Positions 58,970 to 64,000 of a stretch of DNA of 64,000 bases are shown one piece after another. The position numbers were made by a program, and so were the translations under genes. Position 1 is the first letter of the stretch. The number at the start of each line of letters is the position of its first letter. The DNA is from Acidiferrobacterales bacterium (GTDB lineage: Bacteria; Pseudomonadota; Gammaproteobacteria; Arenicellales; Poriferihabitantaceae): assembly GCA_019633985.1 (NCBI GenBank), contig JAHQWE010000088.1, positions 12,956 through 76,955 of the forward strand, given 5' to 3'. Below the pieces are notes generated by a model that saw only the letters and a list, made by a program, of their open reading frames with translations, was not told where the DNA came from and searched no databases.

Positions 58970-59674
58970 TTAAATTCCAATATACTTTTGTAGCAACGAT
59001 TTATCCGTACTTAACTCGGCAACATCAAAAGTTTCTTTTATCAAACCATTTTCGATAAAAGCCACGCGATCGGCAATAGAGAGAACCGCTTCAACCCGTT
59101 GTTCCACAAGTAATATACCGACTCCTTGTGACTTGAGGGTAGAAATCGCTTGGCGGATATTAGCAATCATTTGTGGCATTAATCCTTCGGTGGGCTCGTC
59201 CAACATCAGCACGGCGGGTTCAATACACATCGCCCTCGCCATTGCCAACATTTGTTGTTCGCCGCCACTCAGTGTTCCAGACTCCTGTTCAAGACGCTCT
59301 TGTAAAACCGGAAATAGCTTAAACACATTCTCAAACACATCGTTATTGTTGTTACGGGTCATTTGTCCAATAAGCAGATTCTCACGTACCGTCAGTTCAG
59401 AAAATAAGCGCCGACCTTGTGGAACGTAGCCAACACCTAATTTGGGAATTTCGTGGGCAGGGAAATCGCCAATTTCGTTGCCGCAAAATTTGATCACTCC
59501 CTGTTTTTTTACCAGACCGACTATCGATTTTAATAATGTGGTTTTACCCGCCCCGTTTCGCCCCAACAGACATAAGACTTCCCCCGATTGCAATTGCAGT
59601 GAAGCACTCCGCACCACTTGTAAATCCGAATAGAAACAATCGACCTGATCGAGTTCAAGCAACATTTTCTTCAT
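58970..59674 (-). CDS. livF: ABC transporter ATP-binding protein, LivF type
   Basis: Walker A GRNGAGKTT, signature LSGGEQQML and Walker B LMLDEP. Family-level call; substrate unknown. Confidence 0.85.
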   Translation of the reverse strand: MKKMLLELDQVDCFYSDLQVVRSASLQLQSGEVLCLLGRNGAGKTTLLKSIVGLVKKQGVIKFCGNEIGDFPAHEIPKLGVGYVPQGRRLFSELTVRENLLIGQMTRNNNNDVFENVFKLFPVLQERLEQESGTLSGGEQQMLAMARAMCIEPAVLMLDEPTEGLMPQMIANIRQAISTLKSQGVGILLVEQRVEAVLSIADRVAFIENGLIKETFDVAELSTDKSLLQKYIGI

Positions 59675-60395
59675 CGATAGTGCCGAGATATGCCGACTGA
59701 ACGGCCGCGTTTGCCTGAATTTCGTCTGGAGTACCCTGCGCCAACAATAGCCCTTGATCCATTACGGAGATTTGACGTGCAAGGGACATCACCACCTGCA
59801 TGTTGTGCTCGATGAGCAGCACCGTTGTTTGCTGATTAATCTCTCTGATTAACCCACAAAATTGCTCGATCTCGAGATCTGATAACCCCTGGGTTGGCTC
59901 ATCCAGTATGAGCAATTCAGGCTCCAGTGCGATTCCCATCGCCACTTCCAACACTCTCTGGTGTCCGTATGCCAATGATCCGGCTTCGTGACTGGCATAC
60001 GCGGCCAACCCCACTTTCTCCAGCGCTGTTTTCGCTCTTTGCTCCGCATCGTCGGCGGGTTTATTTGCGTGTTGCGCTGCAATCGCGGCATTTTGGAACA
60101 CTGTCAGATTAGAGTAGATACTGGTGATCTGAAAGGTATATGCGATTCCCGCCCGAACCCTTTTCCATGCAGGCATCTCTGTGATTTCTTTGCCCTTAAA
60201 GAAAATACTTCCCTCTGTCGCTTCTAACCTTCCGCACAAAAGGCTAACAAAAGTCGTTTTTCCTGCCCCATTGGGCCCAATCAACGCATGGATTTCACCT
60301 TTCTCCAAAGTAAAATCGACTCCGGCCACCGCATTCAGGCCGCCAAATCGCTTTACTAATTGCCTTGTTGTCAACAACGTGGTCACGGTAACCAC
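59655..60395 (-). CDS. livG: ABC transporter ATP-binding protein, LivG type
   Basis: Walker A GPNGAGKTT, LAYGHQRVLEVA (LivG-type signature) and LILDEP. Confidence 0.85.
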   Translation of the reverse strand: MVTVTTLLTTRQLVKRFGGLNAVAGVDFTLEKGEIHALIGPNGAGKTTFVSLLCGRLEATEGSIFFKGKEITEMPAWKRVRAGIAYTFQITSIYSNLTVFQNAAIAAQHANKPADDAEQRAKTALEKVGLAAYASHEAGSLAYGHQRVLEVAMGIALEPELLILDEPTQGLSDLEIEQFCGLIREINQQTTVLLIEHNMQVVMSLARQISVMDQGLLLAQGTPDEIQANAAVQSAYLGTIDEENVA

Positions 60396-61348
60396 CGGCA
60401 GTATTTTTGACGGATCGCACCGAACACGCCTTTAGGGAAATACAGGATGAGCAATACCAGTACGATGCCGGTCACCAGCAAATAAGCCGAAGTGTACTCG
60501 CTCGCGATATCAATCAAGTAAAACATTGAAAACGTACCAAATACCGGCCCAAGCACGGTACCCGCGCCGCCAAGCAACGTGTATAGAAGCGGATCGATAG
60601 AATATTGTATCGTTGCGAATGAAGAGCCAATATAGGCGAACATCAAAGCATAGGCTGATCCAGCCATTGCAGACAATGCTGCGGAGGCGGTGAGCACCTT
60701 TAACTTAATGGCAAAGGTGTTATAGCCCAGCATTCTTGTCCTTGACTCATTTTCTCGAATTGCCACAAGCGCGCGTCCAAAGCGCCCACGAACCAGTAGA
60801 AAAACTATCAACATCGTCAAGGTTAACAACAGCAGTGCCAGATTGTATCTAGTAACTGAATCGGTTAAGGAAATCGACATGCCTAGCAGCTCGAATCCGC
60901 GAAATTCTGCCGGCATCACCAATCCCTCATCGCCTCGGGTATAAGTGGTGAAATAGACGATAACCAGATAACTCACCTTAGCAAACATCAGAGTGACAAT
61001 CATAAATGCCACTCCAGTTGTTCGCAGCGCAATCATCCCAATGACGAATCCCAATATCGCACCGCAGACGACACCAAATAAAAATGCACCCGGAACGGAC
61101 CAACCAAAATGGTAAACGGTCAATCCTGCGCCATACATACCCGCTGCGAAAAACATCGCATGCCCCAGACTTAGCAACCCGGTATAACCAAAAAGAAGGT
61201 TAAATCCCAACGCGAAGATCGCCAGTAACATAATGCGGGTTAACGCCAACAGATGATATTCCGGCAATACGTACTGCAAAGCATAGAAAGAAATCACCAC
61301 TGCCGCGTGTATGCCAAGCGAGAGAATTTGAGAATTTTTACTATCCAT
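60383..61348 (-). CDS. livM: Branched-chain-amino-acid-type ABC permease, LivM type
   Basis: 321-aa polytopic protein with GYTGLLSLGHAMFFAAGMY, typical of LivM. Confidence 0.8.
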   Translation of the reverse strand: MDSKNSQILSLGIHAAVVISFYALQYVLPEYHLLALTRIMLLAIFALGFNLLFGYTGLLSLGHAMFFAAGMYGAGLTVYHFGWSVPGAFLFGVVCGAILGFVIGMIALRTTGVAFMIVTLMFAKVSYLVIVYFTTYTRGDEGLVMPAEFRGFELLGMSISLTDSVTRYNLALLLLTLTMLIVFLLVRGRFGRALVAIRENESRTRMLGYNTFAIKLKVLTASAALSAMAGSAYALMFAYIGSSFATIQYSIDPLLYTLLGGAGTVLGPVFGTFSMFYLIDIASEYTSAYLLVTGIVLVLLILYFPKGVFGAIRQKYCRWLP

Positions 61349-62232
61349 CAGAGCCGACTGCGATGCCCAAACAGGCCTTCTGGTTTAAAGACAAGTACGA
61401 GAGCAACCAGCGTCGTGGAGACCATTTTCGCGAGGGTCGGAGAGAAAAAGACTGAAAAGATTCCGTCACTGAGTCCAATCAACAACGCGGCCAATAGCGT
61501 ACCTCGTATGCTACCAAGACCACCAATAATGACTACGATAAACGCAAGCAGCAGGGGATCACCGCCCATCAAATAGTGTGCCTGTTGAATCGGCACAATC
61601 AGAACCGCTGCAATAGCAGCAAATGCCGCACCCGCAGCAAACACCATCGCATAAACGCGGTCTACCGCAATCCCATAGTTCTGCGCAGTTTCGCGATCAA
61701 ACTGTGTTGCCCGCATGATTAAGCCAAGCCGCGTTCGTGTAATCACAAACCAGGCTAGCAACAACAGGATGACAGCCGCTGCAATCACAATTAGCTTGTA
61801 TCCAGAGTACCCAAACCAGGGAAACTCAACGCGAAAATACAGCGGTGGCTCAACCGGTCTAGCATCGGGCCCGAACGTCAATAGCGCGGTTTGTTGCAAA
61901 ATGTACAAAATACCAATCGTCGCAACAATGGTCGCTTCCGGATCATAACCCAGGCGGCGCAATATGATTTTTTCACTCAAATAAGCAACCACACCGACGA
62001 ACAGGGGAGCGAGTAGCAAAGCGACAGCGAATCCCATTGCCGGATTCCCTGAAATCCAGCTGGTTATCCAGTATGCGAGCACAGCGCCGAGCATATAAAA
62101 CTCGCCATGTGCAACATTAACCACACGCATGACACCGAACACCAGCGACAGACCAAGTGCAGTCAAACAAAGTACCGCGGCTTGAACTAATCCTTCAAGG
62201 GTGGCTAAAAAAAGAAAAGGACCGAAGTCCAT
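61348..62232 (-). CDS. livH: Branched-chain-amino-acid-type ABC permease, LivH type
   Basis: 294-aa polytopic protein with VNVAHGEFYMLGA, typical of LivH. Confidence 0.8.
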   Translation of the reverse strand: MDFGPFLFLATLEGLVQAAVLCLTALGLSLVFGVMRVVNVAHGEFYMLGAVLAYWITSWISGNPAMGFAVALLLAPLFVGVVAYLSEKIILRRLGYDPEATIVATIGILYILQQTALLTFGPDARPVEPPLYFRVEFPWFGYSGYKLIVIAAAVILLLLAWFVITRTRLGLIMRATQFDRETAQNYGIAVDRVYAMVFAAGAAFAAIAAVLIVPIQQAHYLMGGDPLLLAFIVVIIGGLGSIRGTLLAALLIGLSDGIFSVFFSPTLAKMVSTTLVALVLVFKPEGLFGHRSRL

Positions 62233-62335
62233 GATGAATTACTCCGGTGATCTGGGTATCGATTCGACTAGTTGGTTACACGTGGCCAGCGCTGCCCGCG
62301 TGAGAAAGCTGCGCTGGCTTCAGAGCGTACCTGGG

Positions 62336-63646
62336 TTAAAGTGCCATCTGCGTGTAGTCAACATCCGATTCGTAGAGACCATCCTCGATAGAGGTTTTGT
62401 GCACTACCTCCATCGAACCATCGGCGCCTACCTTCGATATGTGCTGATGACCAAAGGATTGATGCAACTTAGGATTGAAGATTTTATTTCCCTGGGGGTG
62501 CGCTAAGCCTTCGTCAAATTTTTGTAGGGATTCCATCGCTTCGATAAACGCGTTTTTATCCGCTACGCTGCGGTATCCCGCGAGTTCCATCGCTTCTTTA
62601 ATGATAAACAAACTCTCCCAACAGGCGAACATATGAGAATAAGTACTGACATCTTTAGGATCAGCTAGGCTGGCACCCTTGCCGTCAACTCCTACCGCAG
62701 CGCGGTACTGCTTATCAAAATCAGATTGATCAGCCTGCGCATAGCGAGGATTCCCTTCCCAAAAATAGGTTCCTTCCAAAAACTCCAACTGCGGTGTTGC
62801 CAAATCAACCGCTTCCAGAGAGTCGATAAATCCAAAAATTTCCGGGCGCTTCTTGCCGAAGTGCTGCCCCATCTCTTTCACAAAGGTTAAAACGCCAGGC
62901 CCAACCATTACGTGGTAGAGCACCTCTGTGTCGCGAGGGATTCGCGGGAAGTAGCGGGTAAAGGAAGTTTCTGTCGGGGGCACCGCAATCAATTCCAGCA
63001 CTTCACCACCCTGCTCAGCGATCGCTTGCGAGAAATAATCTCTGTGATCATGTCCAAAAGCAAAATCTGGGAACATCATTGTCACCTTTTTACCCAGATT
63101 CTGTGAGATCCACGGCGCCATTGAGATTACCTGGGAACGCACGTCGGTAATACCCGGTTGAAACACGTAACGATTTAATTTTCCTGAAGCAACGTGGTGT
63201 CCTTCAGAACAAACGACATACGGCAGTTTCAGCTCGCCGGCGCGGGGAGAAGACCCGATCACGACGTGAGAAAACAGCGTTCCATACGCCACATCCACTT
63301 TGTGCTGCGTCGCAAACTTCTCCAACACTTCGGTTCCGCGTTTCGGATCGGTACCGTCATCCTCGACGATGAGCTCGACAGGACGCCCGTTAATGCCGCC
63401 CTGCTCATTAATCAAGTTTACCGCGGCAGTGGCAGTACGCTCGTACCACCGGCCATAGGAAGCGCCAATACCAGTTCGATGGAGCTGCGCTCCAATTTTG
63501 ATCGGCTCGCTCGCGGCATAGGCCCTTGGAAACCAAACCGGCGCGGTTGCAGCGGCGATCCCGGTTCCAATGGTTTTTAGCGTGCGGCGTCTCGAACTGC
63601 TTACACCGGTTACATCCGTTGAGCTTGATTCTTTCTTCTGTTTCAT
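62336..63646 (-). CDS. Periplasmic binding protein (type 1, Leu/Ile/Val-binding family) with a twin-arginine signal
   Basis: SSRRRTLKTIGTGIAAATAP...AYAASEP signal, then IKIGAQLHRTGIGASYG as in PBP1 ABC receptors. Confidence 0.8.
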   Translation of the reverse strand: MKQKKESSSTDVTGVSSSRRRTLKTIGTGIAAATAPVWFPRAYAASEPIKIGAQLHRTGIGASYGRWYERTATAAVNLINEQGGINGRPVELIVEDDGTDPKRGTEVLEKFATQHKVDVAYGTLFSHVVIGSSPRAGELKLPYVVCSEGHHVASGKLNRYVFQPGITDVRSQVISMAPWISQNLGKKVTMMFPDFAFGHDHRDYFSQAIAEQGGEVLELIAVPPTETSFTRYFPRIPRDTEVLYHVMVGPGVLTFVKEMGQHFGKKRPEIFGFIDSLEAVDLATPQLEFLEGTYFWEGNPRYAQADQSDFDKQYRAAVGVDGKGASLADPKDVSTYSHMFACWESLFIIKEAMELAGYRSVADKNAFIEAMESLQKFDEGLAHPQGNKIFNPKLHQSFGHQHISKVGADGSMEVVHKTSIEDGLYESDVDYTQMAL

Positions 63647-63668
63647 AGCAGTTTTCTCTGTAATTTCG

Positions 63669-64000
63669 TTATATTTTGCGAGCCATTAGTCTGACGCCGC
63701 CTAGCTTACCTGATCGAAAGTGGCGATTAACCAGATCATAAAATTCCTCCATCGCCAAATAGGTCGATTCATCGTGTACTCTGACATGACGCTCTTTTCC
63801 GTTTCGATAATCAATTAATCGATCAGTGGTGAACTCGGTCCAATCGTTTGACATTTCATCGCATCGGAGAATCTCAAACCCTGCGTCGACAAAGTCTTTT
63901 TTATATGTTTCCAGATCCGGCATGTAACCTGTATACATTCCTTCTTTCAATTCCCGAGCCTCGGCATCAGACATCGCTGCCCTACAGTACATATCTTCCG
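63669..64000 (-). CDS. C-terminal part of a probable class I SAM-dependent methyltransferase; 5' end beyond the window
   Basis: The frame stays open upstream of the track ATG (63992) to the window end. The tail ...FVDAGFEILRCDEM...GKLGGVRLMARKI resembles methyltransferase C-termini. Weak evidence. Confidence 0.4.
   Translation of the reverse strand, partial: EDMYCRAAMSDAEARELKEGMYTGYMPDLETYKKDFVDAGFEILRCDEMSNDWTEFTTDRLIDYRNGKERHVRVHDESTYLAMEEFYDLVNRHFRSGKLGGVRLMARKI

Noticed and set aside
1-64000. CRISPR arrays, tRNA/rRNA genes, integrases, IS elements, prophage or toxin-antitoxin/defence-type gene pairs.
   Set aside because: Reading both strands, I saw no spaced direct-repeat arrays, cloverleaf-like sequences, recombinase or transposase motifs (apart from the doubtful 8045..8536 ORF), or typical defence domains. 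The small HNH gene looks like the conserved YajD type, not a restriction or abortive-infection module. A covariance-model or HMM scan would be needed to be certain.

Overview
Dense, two-stranded chromosomal segment that looks gammaproteobacterial (gene content, and EF-G2, DusC and YcaQ closely match the enterobacterial/vibrio sequences I recall). I support about 68 protein-coding genes. I saw no rRNA, tRNA, CRISPR array, integrase or clear IS element. All product calls rest on motifs I can read in the translations and on remembered family signatures. No database search was run, so DUF-level names are recollections.

Main blocks, left to right:
- Housekeeping genes: EF-G paralogue (cut by the window edge), djlA, a class-I amidotransferase, a sulfotransferase-like gene, DUF1289 and yjgA.
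- An ammonium transporter followed by two tandem paralogous genes of unknown function instead of glnK.
- A histidine-utilisation cluster, hutH-hutF <> hutI-hutC-hutU. It has a HutC-type palindrome in the divergent promoter, extra OCD-family and SDR genes, and a convergent HAL-family paralogue that lacks the Ala-Ser-Gly MIO motif.
- Desaturase, EamA transporter, ycaQ, dusC, transporters, ylqF and an S1-domain protein.
- NRDE/DUF1499/DUF2237 genes, then a choline-sulfatase-like gene.
- A DOPA-dioxygenase-like / unknown / aromatic amino-acid decarboxylase operon.
- A large minus-strand periplasmic (Tat, Cys-type) formate dehydrogenase region with fdhD, DUF3305/DUF3306, a polyferredoxin, a TorD-like chaperone, a Tat-target peptide, alpha/beta/gamma subunits and an embedded mini-lipoprotein. 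It is followed by an unexplained four-gene module: an unknown protein, a secreted ankyrin, a degenerate biotin/lipoate-ligase fold and a Tat-exported Rieske-like protein with altered ligands.
- A four-gene phosphorelay (LytTR regulator, Hpt, orphan TAXI binding protein, hybrid kinase) preceded by CTGAAC repeats.
- An HNH gene coupled to an S8/HExxH double-protease gene, then pncA.
- A LIV-type ABC transporter whose binding protein has a Tat signal.

The candidates I rate highest for uncharacterised biology are the formate-dehydrogenase-linked four-gene module, the TAXI-containing phosphorelay, the amt-linked paralogue pair, the MIO-less HAL paralogue and the dioxygenase-decarboxylase operon.
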